From positions 505-64,504 of the forward strand of contig JAQICC010000146.1 of assembly GCA_027858735.1 (NCBI GenBank): 64,000 bases of DNA, given 5' to 3'. Shown piece after piece: positions 30,143 through 40,805 of this stretch. A program made the position numbers and the translations under genes. How positions within the stretch are numbered: position 1 is the first letter of the stretch; the number at the start of each line of letters is the position of its first letter. The stretch is from Salinivirgaceae bacterium. Its GTDB lineage: Bacteria; Bacteroidota; Bacteroidia; Bacteroidales; SZUA-534. The notes below the pieces were generated by a model, which saw only the letters and a list, made by a program, of their open reading frames with translations, was not told the DNA's origin and did no database searches.

Positions 30143-30341
30143 GAAATTTCCTCTATTTTCAAATTATATTTCAAAGATGCAGAATAATTAATTAGCAAGC
30201 AATAATTGATTTTGAAATTTTCAACGCCATATACTCTAAAACGTATCAAAATGAATAAGGTTTAAGGCATTTCAAAACAATAATACTCAACCCATACCTT
30301 ACAGCAATTTACCGAAAATTACACAAGTAGCATTCCATTTT

Positions 30342-32906
30342 TTAGTAAACAATAATTTTAGAGGTGTACTGTCCATAAATGGTTTTAGTTCTTAATAAAT
30401 ACACTCCGCTCGCAATTTCTTCGTGAATTATTAAAAATTTATTTGTTAAGCCCGAAATGGTTTTTACTAAATTACCCTGTGAGCTATATAATTCAACAAA
30501 AAGAATGGGACTATTGGCCTCAATTTTAATTGGTCCGCTTTCAACAGGATTCGGATAGACGCGAACCTTAAATTCAGTAAATTGTTCTTCAATTCCTGAT
30601 AGTTCATCGTTAAACCAATGCAACACCTCATTACTGCCGCTCTCAAGGGTCAAAATCCTATTCCCATCATTACCCTGATTCACAAATTCAATTTTATTTC
30701 CTTCGCCATTTATACGTGCCCTATATTCAATGTTACTACCCTTACTAAAACCAAAAAGAGTAGCTCGATGAAGTCCATCGTTATTGCCGTCGAATATTTG
30801 TTCACTACCCTCCCAATTATTAAAAGAGCCCGCTACATCAATAAAATCATAATCTTGTTCAAAATCACCATCAGCGATTTGTAAATTCATATTGTAGGCA
30901 ATGGTTATATAAGCAAGTTCTGAATTTCCGTTCTCACCCTTTGGAGTAATAAAACTTTGTACTACTAAAAAGTCATCGCGGTTTTTACCCGTTGAATAAT
31001 CCGTTTCTTGTTGACCAAAGCTAAAAGTATCGATAGGTGCGTAGCTCTTCTCAAACGAATCGAAAATACCAATAAACTCACCCGTTCGACTTAGCTTAAA
31101 ATTGGCGTGATTATCGCCCTGATAAGAATCGTTATCAGCCCAAACCAGATAATAATCACCGGGTTGCAACAAAACATTAGGAAAATTCCATTTTGTGGGA
31201 TCTAAAAAATCGTCGCTAAGATATTTTCCTTGCAAATTAACAGATTCAGTACCCCTATTATAAATCTCAATCCAGTCTCCTGTTTCACCATAATTATCAT
31301 AAATTGTATTCTGATTAGAGGCCATAAACTCGCTTATTGATAATGATGTATTACTTGTTCCAATGTGAATTGAGTACGCTCCTATCGAAGGTTCACGTGT
31401 AATTTTATTACTGGCATCAGTACATTCTATATAGTAGTCAACACTTCCCGCTTCGTTTAGTCCTGCAATTTCAATATTATATTCCCTACCACTATTGTAA
31501 ATCATATCTATCGATTGAAATTCGCTCCCATTAATACTATAATATAATACTGCACTAAAATCTAATTCATCATCTGTGATATCGGCTTTTATAGTTATTG
31601 GTTGTAATAAACTTGGAAAATTATGATAAACATTTTCAATTATTGGCGCAATAGGATTTAACTCTATTTGCTTTTGAATACTTTCCAGCCTTTGTGTTAT
31701 ATAGGGTTTTAGACCGTAGGTTACATGAAATGTTTCCAAAGCTTCGGTATATGATGCTTTAAAATCGTCAAAAGTCCAGTTATAATCTAAGGATCGATAG
31801 GTATCGGTTTGCGCTGAGTTCTCAATTTTTTTGTAAATGGCATCAATCTCACTAAAGAGATTACCCTTGTTTATATAATTAGTTATCAGTTCATTTAAAA
31901 GAAAAGAAAAGCGATCTTTATATATCTGATTACCAAACGTTTTTGAGGTTAAAACTTTATCTTCCAAGTCGTTCCACCAACGATAAATATCTCGCGTTCC
32001 CCAATCAACTCCAAACCAATCAATGCCAAAAGTATTATCAAGGTCATAGGGTATAAACTCAAATTTACCGGTATATGCATTATTATACAGGTAATAGTTG
32101 TTAGAATTAACAGAATATGCATCCCAATGTCCTGTAAATATCTCAACAACCAGATACCTAATAAATCCATTCATGTTAAAAATGGGCTCTATATCTTCTG
32201 GCATTTTATCAGATGTAGTGTTGTTAATTACATTTATGAAATTTATTAAATCAGAATAATCATCTTGATCGGTATTGGTTTTTAAATCATAACCCGAACT
32301 CTTATATTCCTCTTTATTTTCTCCTAAATATTCTAAACCAACATTTCTTGTACATTTATACAAATTTCCAAGCTTATTATTGAAACGGCTTTCTACAAAT
32401 TCTTCATCAATGTGTTCAATATTCACGTATAACCCATAATACCGATTGTTTATATAAACATCAACGTGGTTTGATCGTGAACCCGGTACATAATTTTCCT
32501 TAAATATGTTCCATGTTAGATGGCTACGAATTATTGATGGGTCGTTATGCTCACCATTCAAATTCATTTTTTCTAAACCATTATATTTTCTTCCGGACTT
32601 ATACTCGTCGAATGAAATTTTAAACGATTTTTTATCGGATCCCCGTGAAGTATTGCCGCGTAGTCGAAATCCAACATCATTAATGGTATCTGAATCAGTA
32701 GTTGTTGAAAATATAAATTGAGCCTTAAAATATTTATCGGAAGTATAATTATCATAAATCCAAGTCAGCGAATCTTCATTAATTGTAATATCAACTCGTG
32801 GAAGAATATCGGCATTGAAAACTTCACCATTATTTGGAAACCATGGTTGACTATTTCCTGATAAAGAGAAAAGAGTGACTAATAAAAGCAAGCAAAGATT
32901 TTTCAT
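30342..32906 (-). CDS. Secreted CotH kinase-like protein with lamin-tail domain, CBM48-like module and T9SS C-terminal sorting domain
   Basis: Signal peptide MKNLCLLLLVTLFSLSGNSQ (ATG at 32906). CotH-like region (MNLNGEHNDPSIIRSHL, YVNIEHIDEEF). LTD (ISEFMASNQ...GDWIEIYNRGTESVNLQGKYLSDD...FKLSRTGEFIGIFD, about 31050..31345). VAGSFNNWEG module (about 30612..30869). CTD (VRVYPNPV...SGVYLLRTKT...KIIVY). Confidence 0.8.
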   Translation of the reverse strand: MKNLCLLLLVTLFSLSGNSQPWFPNNGEVFNADILPRVDITINEDSLTWIYDNYTSDKYFKAQFIFSTTTDSDTINDVGFRLRGNTSRGSDKKSFKISFDEYKSGRKYNGLEKMNLNGEHNDPSIIRSHLTWNIFKENYVPGSRSNHVDVYINNRYYGLYVNIEHIDEEFVESRFNNKLGNLYKCTRNVGLEYLGENKEEYKSSGYDLKTNTDQDDYSDLINFINVINNTTSDKMPEDIEPIFNMNGFIRYLVVEIFTGHWDAYSVNSNNYYLYNNAYTGKFEFIPYDLDNTFGIDWFGVDWGTRDIYRWWNDLEDKVLTSKTFGNQIYKDRFSFLLNELITNYINKGNLFSEIDAIYKKIENSAQTDTYRSLDYNWTFDDFKASYTEALETFHVTYGLKPYITQRLESIQKQIELNPIAPIIENVYHNFPSLLQPITIKADITDDELDFSAVLYYSINGSEFQSIDMIYNSGREYNIEIAGLNEAGSVDYYIECTDASNKITREPSIGAYSIHIGTSNTSLSISEFMASNQNTIYDNYGETGDWIEIYNRGTESVNLQGKYLSDDFLDPTKWNFPNVLLQPGDYYLVWADNDSYQGDNHANFKLSRTGEFIGIFDSFEKSYAPIDTFSFGQQETDYSTGKNRDDFLVVQSFITPKGENGNSELAYITIAYNMNLQIADGDFEQDYDFIDVAGSFNNWEGSEQIFDGNNDGLHRATLFGFSKGSNIEYRARINGEGNKIEFVNQGNDGNRILTLESGSNEVLHWFNDELSGIEEQFTEFKVRVYPNPVESGPIKIEANSPILFVELYSSQGNLVKTISGLTNKFLIIHEEIASGVYLLRTKTIYGQYTSKIIVY

Positions 32907-32952
32907 GAGTAACCGGAATTGTATTTTTATACACATAATCGATTTAGCACAT

Positions 32953-32960
32953 CAAAGATA
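32953..32960 (-). promoter_or_regulatory. Possible -7 box TATCTTTG for the CotH-like gene
   Basis: Exact TAnnTTTG match on the minus strand, 47 nt upstream of the ATG at 32906. No clear -33 element. Confidence 0.3.
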
Positions 32961-33099
32961 TTCTTTGATAAAGTTGTTTGCTTATTAGGAGTAAACTTAT
33001 CAAAATCGTCGCATAACCCTCGCAATAATACGCTATAGACAAACCAATAACGCATAACAACAAAAAAACTGATTTGTCTATTAGCAAATAACCTGCAAA

Positions 33100-33139
33100 G
33101 TATAAATAAAGAAAAGTGCTATGGTAAAAGCACTTCCCC
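33100..33139 (-). terminator. Rho-independent terminator after the T9SS GH13 gene
   Basis: Stem aagtgct (33114..33120) / agcactt (33129..33135) with an 8-nt loop. On the minus strand it is followed by TTCTTTATTTAT. Confidence 0.55.
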
Positions 33140-33160
33140 TATTTTAATTAAATTCCATTT

Positions 33161-35983
33161 TTAATGTTTAGCAAATTGAGAAGTTCGCACCACTCCCTTT
33201 TTATCAATAGCAGAAATAATGTAAACTCCATTTTCAAGATTTTGAACAGAAATTCGTTCATATCCAGAATTCGATTTACTTGAATAAACTATTCGTCCTG
33301 AGATATTCATTACAGTAACTTGAACCAGATTATCTCCATCAGCAAAATGCAGATTCTCTTTTACAGGATTCGGATATACCCTCAAATTTCCTTTTAACAC
33401 GATGCTATTAGCCTCTTTAACCGATGGTGTTATTTCAGGTATTTCAAGTTGTTTGGTTGTATACAATCTGTATTTACCCGGCGCTAAACTAAATTCTAAC
33501 TGGTTGTTTGTTATCTCAACTGATTCACCGGTATAATACTCATACCATGTTCCTGAATTCTGAAATTCAGCTGTTACTGTCTGAGCTTCAACATCGAAAT
33601 TACCAACTACCATTACATTCATGTCTGAATGATTCAATTGAATTGTTTTAACAGCATCACGAACATCTAAAACGAAATCGGTTGTACTAAAAGCGGGTTC
33701 TGTAACTTTTAAATTAGCTAGCGCACTATAGACTTCATATACTCTTTTTCTGTCCTCATCTTCAAAATAATCCCACAAAATAGGTTTTTCGCCAACTCTT
33801 CCATTCAAGTCAATATCAATATCGTATCCAAGTTCACCAAACTGCCATATCATTTTAGGTCCGGGTATGGTAAAAAAGAAATTGGCTGCTAAATGCATAC
33901 GACTTAAAGCCGTTTTTAATTCTCTTGTATCGTATCCATCAATTTGTTTTCCCCAAGTAATATTTTTATACATCAAACGTGGCTCATCATGACTTTCCAT
34001 ATAACCTACCAATCGTGGTTCACTCCAACCTCGTTGTTGATAAGATATTCCTACCAAATCAGATTTACCACTCTCTGTATAGCCCATTACAGCTTCACCA
34101 TAATTATTGTTCATATTGCCCCAAAGATTTATACCATAGTTAGCCAACTCTGTTTCTTCCGAATTTTCTGAAAGGTGTTCAAAACTAATATAGGCTGTTG
34201 GTTTACGTTCCCAAATTTCATCGGCCATACGCTTAAGTAAACGAATTCTGTCTGCATCGTATTTACTTCCCCAAGAATCAGAGGCATCTTTAATGTTATT
34301 TCCAAATCCTTTGGTAAAATCGAATCTAAATCCGTCAACATTATATTCGCCCATCCAGAATGCATTTATGCTATCCACTAGTTCTTGAGTATATGGGCTT
34401 TCATGGTTAAAATCATATCCCCAATGTGCATCGGGATTGGTAAAGTTATTATTTTCGTTATACCAAGGATTATTTGACGCAGGTTTTCCATTTTCGAAAT
34501 ACATACGTACCAACGGACTTTGCCCATACGAATGATTTAATACCATGTCGATAACAACTGCCATGCCTCGTTTATGACATTCATCTATAAGTTTTTTCAA
34601 CTCTTCTTTGGGGCCATAATATTTATCAGGTGCAAAGTAGAACGATGGATTATACCCCCAACTTGAATTGCCTTCAAATTCGTTTATAGGCATTAGTTCT
34701 AACACATTAACACCTAAATTTTGCAAATAATCTAGTGTGTCGGCAATGGTTTTATAAGTATGCGTTTCTACAAAATCACGAATAAGCATTTCGTAAATTA
34801 CCATATCTTCAACAGCAGGCATTTCAAAATTGTTAATTTGCCATTCGAAGGGCACCTGTGCTGTTTGCAAAACAGCTGTTGGTTGGTTGGTTTTTCCAAA
34901 TGGGTACTCAATTAAACCTGGATAAGTATCTTCATCGATGCTTGGGTCATTCCATTGATCGAGTACTTTTTCGGTATAAGGATCAGCTATTTTTATACCT
35001 CCATCAATATAATATTGAAAAGCGTATTCCTTTTGGGGTTCTAAATGAGTAAGTGTAATCCAGTGATGAGTAGAATCTGGTGTCATGTTCATCATCCAGG
35101 TTGTGGGCGTTACTTGGCTATTTTCAGCTACATACATTCCTGCCTCCAGAGAAAAATCCCAATCATTGAAATCTCCTATAAGGTAAGAAAACTCTTTCTC
35201 AGGAGCATGCAATACCAGAGTTACAGTTGTATCATTTAAATAATTTATTCCTTTATGCACTCCAATAGGCATTTCTACTATAGTTGTTTCACCTCTAATA
35301 AAGTACGAAACTGAATCGTAAACACTTGATGTGGCATCTTTAGCCTCAATCCATATCCAATGTCTACCACCACTTTTGGCCATAATTTGAGTGTTAATTT
35401 TATCTTCTGTGGTAGCCGTTATTCTTTCATTGTCAACGTATAAAATAAGACTATCGGCATAATTTGAAGCAACCTCAATTTCTATTTCCTCGTTTGGTTT
35501 AACCAATATTTCATTCGCAGGTGTCACAATTAATGCACTCAATGAAGGATCGGTTACATCAATAAAAATATCGTTGCTTTCAGCAGTTTTACCTGTTAAA
35601 CTTCCATCCTCATTTCTAAAAACAAATACCAGTTGCTCAACCCTTTCAGAATCTTCCACACCATAAAATTCGATTATACTTGGACCAATTTCTAAGGTAT
35701 AGGTATTGGCATCAACTCGCGTTAATTTCGCCTTATCAGTATTCTCTGACCATCCTGCAATAACATACTTCCAATCACCTCCACCCGTACTCTCTGAAGT
35801 AATTACTCCTGCATGTGCATAGATATCTCCTGCATAGTCTTTTAATCCGGCACTACCCTGATCGGCATGAAAGGTTATAGTAACTGCCTGAGTAACTTCT
35901 GGGAAGGTAGGGTTTGTGGTTACTACCTGTGAATTAGCAATAAATACAATTAAAAATAAACCAATTATTAAACGAAATTTCAT
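33161..35983 (-). CDS. GH13 alpha-amylase/pullulanase-like enzyme with N-terminal binding modules and T9SS C-terminal sorting domain
   Basis: GH13 regions I VIDMVLNH, II DGFRFDFTKG, III SFEHL and IV YMESHDEPR. E-set/CBM48-like IGDFNDWD. Signal peptide. CTD LRVYPNPVKENL...NGVYIISAIDKKG. Confidence 0.88.
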   Translation of the reverse strand: MKFRLIIGLFLIVFIANSQVVTTNPTFPEVTQAVTITFHADQGSAGLKDYAGDIYAHAGVITSESTGGGDWKYVIAGWSENTDKAKLTRVDANTYTLEIGPSIIEFYGVEDSERVEQLVFVFRNEDGSLTGKTAESNDIFIDVTDPSLSALIVTPANEILVKPNEEIEIEVASNYADSLILYVDNERITATTEDKINTQIMAKSGGRHWIWIEAKDATSSVYDSVSYFIRGETTIVEMPIGVHKGINYLNDTTVTLVLHAPEKEFSYLIGDFNDWDFSLEAGMYVAENSQVTPTTWMMNMTPDSTHHWITLTHLEPQKEYAFQYYIDGGIKIADPYTEKVLDQWNDPSIDEDTYPGLIEYPFGKTNQPTAVLQTAQVPFEWQINNFEMPAVEDMVIYEMLIRDFVETHTYKTIADTLDYLQNLGVNVLELMPINEFEGNSSWGYNPSFYFAPDKYYGPKEELKKLIDECHKRGMAVVIDMVLNHSYGQSPLVRMYFENGKPASNNPWYNENNNFTNPDAHWGYDFNHESPYTQELVDSINAFWMGEYNVDGFRFDFTKGFGNNIKDASDSWGSKYDADRIRLLKRMADEIWERKPTAYISFEHLSENSEETELANYGINLWGNMNNNYGEAVMGYTESGKSDLVGISYQQRGWSEPRLVGYMESHDEPRLMYKNITWGKQIDGYDTRELKTALSRMHLAANFFFTIPGPKMIWQFGELGYDIDIDLNGRVGEKPILWDYFEDEDRKRVYEVYSALANLKVTEPAFSTTDFVLDVRDAVKTIQLNHSDMNVMVVGNFDVEAQTVTAEFQNSGTWYEYYTGESVEITNNQLEFSLAPGKYRLYTTKQLEIPEITPSVKEANSIVLKGNLRVYPNPVKENLHFADGDNLVQVTVMNISGRIVYSSKSNSGYERISVQNLENGVYIISAIDKKGVVRTSQFAKH

Positions 35984-36076
35984 AGCAGTAGTTTTGTTTT
36001 GAAATTAACAGTATTAAAGAAAGCAAAGGGTATAAAACTTATACCCTTTGCTTCTATTCTAAATTATTATTAAGTT

Positions 36077-37636
36077 TTATAGCGGATCCAAACCTAAATT
36101 AGGATTACTAGTTAAAGCACTTGCAGGAATTGGAAAAGTATTCTGAATTGCATTTGGTTCAGGTACACCTGTCATATCGGTTTGACCCATACCCCAAAAA
36201 GGTTTATCAAATGTGCCAAATCGAATCATATCAGTTCTTCTATGACCTTCACAGAAAAGCTCTTTACCTCTTTCGTCCAATATATTGTCTAATGTAAGAC
36301 CACCAGCAGGTGCTATTTGATTAGCTCTTGCCCATATTTGATTTACCAAAACCATTGTTTCAGACGACACATTGCCATTGAGTCTTAATTCAGCCTCGGC
36401 TTTCATAAATACAACATCAGCTAACCTGAATACAGGAAAGTTAACTGTAAGATCATTTACAGCCCCTGCATAAATTTCATATTTCTGAACGCGAGCACCA
36501 GAATAAGTCATCTCAAAATTTTCGATACCCTCAATAGCCATATTAGCTGTTGACATCTCAGGAATTCGAATATATGGATCATGATTTGCTTGCATATCAC
36601 CATCCATAATTGGAGCCCCCATGTAATCAAATTGTGGTCCGTAAAGCAAATAACCTTGCTTACGTACATCATCATCATCATATTTATCAAAGAAGGTTGG
36701 GATAGTGCAGAATCCATTCCAAGGCTCACTAGACATATTAAATATTTCATCACCAATATATCCTAAAGATCGCATATGTAATCTAAACCCAGTTTTGGTT
36801 GCTTCATTAAAAGGAACCATAAAGATCATTTCCTCAGAAGCTTCACTTGATGCCACTTTAAACAAATCCATTACATTGTCTTCCAAACCCATGTAATCAT
36901 AGCTAAGTAATTCATCACAGTATTCGATGGTTTTGGCATAATACTCAGAATTTTCACTACCAGTATATACAGCACCATTTAAATATAACTTTGCCAATAA
37001 AGTTAAAGCCATTTCTTTTGATGCATAACTTTTGTACACAGGACTTTCAATAGAATTCAGCATTGGCCAAACATGCTCGAGTTTAGTTGTTAGACTATCA
37101 AAAACCGACGCACTTTTTATTCTATATGGTTGATCAGGTGCGTCGTAATAAGTTGTTAAATATGGAACATCACCATAATTATCGAATAACCAAAAATAAT
37201 ATAATGAACGTATTGCTTCAACTTCAGCCTTAGTTTTTAAAGCAACTTCACTTTCATTTGCACCTAACTTATCAATGATCTGGTTACATTCACCAATACC
37301 AGTCCATATAGTTCTCCACATAGCTTCAACTGCATCATGGTTTGGTGCCCAAGTGTGGTATTGTAATTGCACCCATCTTCCACCGTCAGACCAATCAGCT
37401 GCTCTGGTTGGACCAACTAACTCATCAGAGCTAATTTCTTGCGTAAGAAACCAATAACCTGCATCATCGAATAAATTTGCAAGAGCATTATAACTTGACA
37501 GGTGACTAACTGCAGCTTGTTCATCAGTCTGAGGATAATCATCAGCAGTTATACCTGAATATAATTCTTCATTTAAATCTGTACATCCTACTGCAACTGC
37601 AACCAGGAATGTACTATATAATAATTTTTTTTTCAC
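36077..37636 (-). CDS. susD: SusD/RagB family nutrient-binding outer-membrane lipoprotein
   Basis: Lipobox VAVGCTD, 519 aa, directly downstream of the SusC-like gene. TPR-like helical SusD architecture. Confidence 0.88.
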   Translation of the reverse strand: MKKKLLYSTFLVAVAVGCTDLNEELYSGITADDYPQTDEQAAVSHLSSYNALANLFDDAGYWFLTQEISSDELVGPTRAADWSDGGRWVQLQYHTWAPNHDAVEAMWRTIWTGIGECNQIIDKLGANESEVALKTKAEVEAIRSLYYFWLFDNYGDVPYLTTYYDAPDQPYRIKSASVFDSLTTKLEHVWPMLNSIESPVYKSYASKEMALTLLAKLYLNGAVYTGSENSEYYAKTIEYCDELLSYDYMGLEDNVMDLFKVASSEASEEMIFMVPFNEATKTGFRLHMRSLGYIGDEIFNMSSEPWNGFCTIPTFFDKYDDDDVRKQGYLLYGPQFDYMGAPIMDGDMQANHDPYIRIPEMSTANMAIEGIENFEMTYSGARVQKYEIYAGAVNDLTVNFPVFRLADVVFMKAEAELRLNGNVSSETMVLVNQIWARANQIAPAGGLTLDNILDERGKELFCEGHRRTDMIRFGTFDKPFWGMGQTDMTGVPEPNAIQNTFPIPASALTSNPNLGLDPL

Positions 37637-37656
37637 GATCTTTAAATTTAAATTAA

Positions 37657-40600
37657 TTAAAATGTTGCGTTAACACCAAAACTAAACGTGCGACTTTTCG
37701 GATAAACACCAAAGGAGTCAACTCCATAACCTAAACCATCAATAGTCATTTCAGGATCGGCACCTGAATAATCTGTAATAACAAATAAATTATTTGCCAT
37801 TGCTGATAGTTTAAGGCTTTTTATGTATTCGTTGTTCTTTAAATTAAATGTATAACCCAACGATAAATAGTCAAGCCTAACAAACGATGCATCTTCCATA
37901 AACTCATCAGATGGGACTGTAAATTGACCAAAGAAACCATCATCCATATATTTCTTTGCATCAGCTGTTACATTAGCATATGGGAAGAATATTGGAGAAG
38001 AAAAATATGCATTGGTATGGTTATATACTTGCTGTCCAAACAAACCACGCAACGTAAAATCAACTGTCCAATTTTTATAAATTGTTAAACTGTTCGACCA
38101 AGAAAGCTCCACTTTAGGTGTTGCATTTCCTGCAATATATCTGTCATTAATATCCAATCCGCTAGCAACCACAGAATCAGATTCGGCTTCATCTTCTTTA
38201 AATCTATTGGCGTAAACAGCATCTCCCCTAGCATTAACTCCTAGATATTCATATAAATAAAAGTTCCCAATAGGCTGGCCTGAATCCACAAACATAGTCC
38301 AGTTATCGCTACCTACAATACCTTGCCCAGAAATATAACCTTGTTTTGAATCATCTTCAGACCAATATTCTCCTAAATCTGTTACTTTACTAAGGTTTTT
38401 AGAAAATCCGACCGTTGTTTTCCAACTAACGTTGGTATTGTTAACAACATGTGCCGTAACAAAAAACTCTACTCCTTTATTAGTCATCGAACCAGAGTTA
38501 GCCCAAGTGCTTGAATATACGTTTGGAGGCGATGGAACTGAATATTCATTCAGCATATCTACTGTTTTTTTGCTATAAAGTTCAAGACTACCTGAAATAC
38601 GACTATCTAATAAACCATAATCAATACCTAAATTTATTTCAGATGTTTGCTCCCATTTTAGATCAGGATTGTGGTTTTGATCGGCAGACCATGTAAGCAC
38701 ATTATTTCCAGATATAGGATCAACAACAATAATTCCAGGTTTTAGTACAGTTCTACTATTATAAGGATCAAATGACTGATTACCAGACACACCATAACTG
38801 GCTCTCAATTTTAATTGATTTAACCAATATACATTCCCTAAAAAAGATTCACGATGCACATTCCAACCTAACGAGGTTGTTGGAAAATACCCCCACTTAT
38901 TATTCTCACCAAATTTTGATGAACCATCAGCTCTAATCGAAGCTCCAACATAATATTTATTGTCAAAATTATAAGCTACTCTACCAAAGAATCCAATTAA
39001 TCTAGACATATCAGCTTCTGAAGTAGCATCACCATATATAATGTTAAGGAATGATTCCATATCATCAGTTCCTACCGAAGCTGATTGAGATTGACGGGCG
39101 ATTACACCGAATTTAGAATGACTATTCTCTTGCCAAGAATAACCACCTAAAATACTTAAGTTATGCAAATCACTTATCGATTTCAAATAATTCATTGTAG
39201 CTTCTATGGTTTTTTGTTTATCAATCTCATAGTTACGCTGCCCTTCTCCGGTATCATTACCTTGCCCGGCCAATATGCCAGCAGGCCTAAAAAAAGTGTA
39301 TTCTTTATCAGAAGATAAATAACTCGTTGCCAATTTAAATTTAAGACCGTCAATTATTTCATATTGGGCAGACACATTTCCCAAAACTTTCTTTCTTACA
39401 TCTACTCTGGTTTCATCTTTCAACACTCCAAGTGGGTTTACATAGTCAAACCCACGAGAGGCATCAATTACTTCATAAGAAATACTTCCATCAGATAAAT
39501 AAGCTGAATCGGTTGGATTCCTTCTATACGTTTGATATAAAATATCATCGCGTGAATTAGAACCTAATTCTACAAGATTTGACTCCTCAAAAGTGGCATT
39601 AATTCCACCTCTAATTAGTAGTTTATCATTTAATCCTTTATGCGTAATATTTAAATTTCCGATTGTACGCTGTCTTGATGATTCCTCAATAATACCCTGA
39701 TTATCTTGGTAGGTAATTGAACCATAATAACTATTTTTTTCATTACCACCACTCGCACTTAAGTTATATTGCTGACTAATCGAAGTCCTAAATATCTCAT
39801 CTTGCCAATCGGTTACAGCACCGCCATCAATAAAACTATCATCTAAACCATACTTTGTAACCATATCTTTATATTCACTTGCCGAAAGCAAATCAACAGC
39901 ATTGGCAATGTTGTCAATAGATGTTGTTGAATTAAAACTTATTCTGCCTTCTCCAGATTTTCCACTTTTGGTTGTAATTATAATTACACCATTAGCTCCC
40001 TGTGAACCATAAATAGCGGTAGAAGCAGCATCTTTCAAAATATTGAAAGACTCAATATCGGTTGGAGCTACCATGTTTGGATCAGCTCCGGGCACACCAT
40101 CAATTACATACAATGGATTTGTGTTTGTTCCTCCATCATCTGAATTACCAATACCCGCACTACCACGAATTTTAATTTTTGCATCATCGGTAGGGTTACC
40201 GCCACCTTTAGTTACTACCACGCCAGCAGCTTTACCAGCAATTGCTTGCAATGGATCAGTTACAGCACCACCAATTAACTCATCAGCTTTAATTTGCGCA
40301 ACAGCTCCAGTTTTGTCCTCTTTCTTCTGAACACCATAACCGATAACAACCAATTCATCTAGAGTTGTAATGTCTTCAATTAAGGTAAAATTAACTTTAA
40401 GCTCTTGCCCTTCTGAAACTGAAACTGCACTTTCTTGATTTGCATAACCAATAAATGAAGCTAATAAAATTTGCTGTCCAACAGGAATACCTGTCAATTT
40501 ATAATTACCATCAATGTCTGTAATGGTACCTGTAGTTGTTCCTTTAACGACAACGTTTGCACCTATTAACGGCAAACCATCGCTATCAACAATAATTCCT

Positions 40601-40680
40601 ACAGCTGATCCAGTTTGTGCATTCAATAATGCAACCGAAGCCAGAAATATTGTCAAAACAGAAAGTATTTTCCTAATCAT
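37657..40680 (-). CDS. susC: SusC/RagA family TonB-linked outer membrane protein
   Basis: Signal peptide MIRKILSVLTIFLASVALLNAQ (ATG at 40680). CarboxypepD_reg-like domain (GANVVVKGTTTGTITDIDGNYKL). TonB box/plug (DELVVIGYGVQKKEDKTGAV). C-terminal barrel ending in F. Confidence 0.92.
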   Translation of the reverse strand: MIRKILSVLTIFLASVALLNAQTGSAVGIIVDSDGLPLIGANVVVKGTTTGTITDIDGNYKLTGIPVGQQILLASFIGYANQESAVSVSEGQELKVNFTLIEDITTLDELVVIGYGVQKKEDKTGAVAQIKADELIGGAVTDPLQAIAGKAAGVVVTKGGGNPTDDAKIKIRGSAGIGNSDDGGTNTNPLYVIDGVPGADPNMVAPTDIESFNILKDAASTAIYGSQGANGVIIITTKSGKSGEGRISFNSTTSIDNIANAVDLLSASEYKDMVTKYGLDDSFIDGGAVTDWQDEIFRTSISQQYNLSASGGNEKNSYYGSITYQDNQGIIEESSRQRTIGNLNITHKGLNDKLLIRGGINATFEESNLVELGSNSRDDILYQTYRRNPTDSAYLSDGSISYEVIDASRGFDYVNPLGVLKDETRVDVRKKVLGNVSAQYEIIDGLKFKLATSYLSSDKEYTFFRPAGILAGQGNDTGEGQRNYEIDKQKTIEATMNYLKSISDLHNLSILGGYSWQENSHSKFGVIARQSQSASVGTDDMESFLNIIYGDATSEADMSRLIGFFGRVAYNFDNKYYVGASIRADGSSKFGENNKWGYFPTTSLGWNVHRESFLGNVYWLNQLKLRASYGVSGNQSFDPYNSRTVLKPGIIVVDPISGNNVLTWSADQNHNPDLKWEQTSEINLGIDYGLLDSRISGSLELYSKKTVDMLNEYSVPSPPNVYSSTWANSGSMTNKGVEFFVTAHVVNNTNVSWKTTVGFSKNLSKVTDLGEYWSEDDSKQGYISGQGIVGSDNWTMFVDSGQPIGNFYLYEYLGVNARGDAVYANRFKEDEAESDSVVASGLDINDRYIAGNATPKVELSWSNSLTIYKNWTVDFTLRGLFGQQVYNHTNAYFSSPIFFPYANVTADAKKYMDDGFFGQFTVPSDEFMEDASFVRLDYLSLGYTFNLKNNEYIKSLKLSAMANNLFVITDYSGADPEMTIDGLGYGVDSFGVYPKSRTFSFGVNATF

Positions 40681-40755
40681 AATACGTTTAGCTTTAATTA
40701 ATAAAATAATATTTAATCTTTCTTTTAATCTTGAAATAGATTTTATAGCGCAGTA

Positions 40756-40786
40756 CAAAATTACAACGCTTATAATTACTAACAAA
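40756..40786 (-). promoter_or_regulatory. Candidate susC promoter: -33 TTTG (40786..40783) and -7 TAATTTTG (40763..40756)
   Basis: On the minus strand: TTTG, a 19-nt spacer, then TAATTTTG, about 76 nt upstream of the ATG at 40680. Confidence 0.45.
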
Positions 40787-40805
40787 CAGCCTGTTTAACA
40801 TGTTA

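Noticed and set aside
40681-40785. N-terminal extensions proposed by the ORF track for SusC (also Der 11843..11893, LytTR 51643..51675, dehydrogenase 55237..55290, SusA-like 48377..48400, CotH-like 32907..32936, prfC 8014..8019).
   Set aside because: In each case an internal ATG gives a canonical N-terminus (signal peptide, P-loop or receiver start). For the SusA-like gene, the extension overlaps a terminator hairpin.
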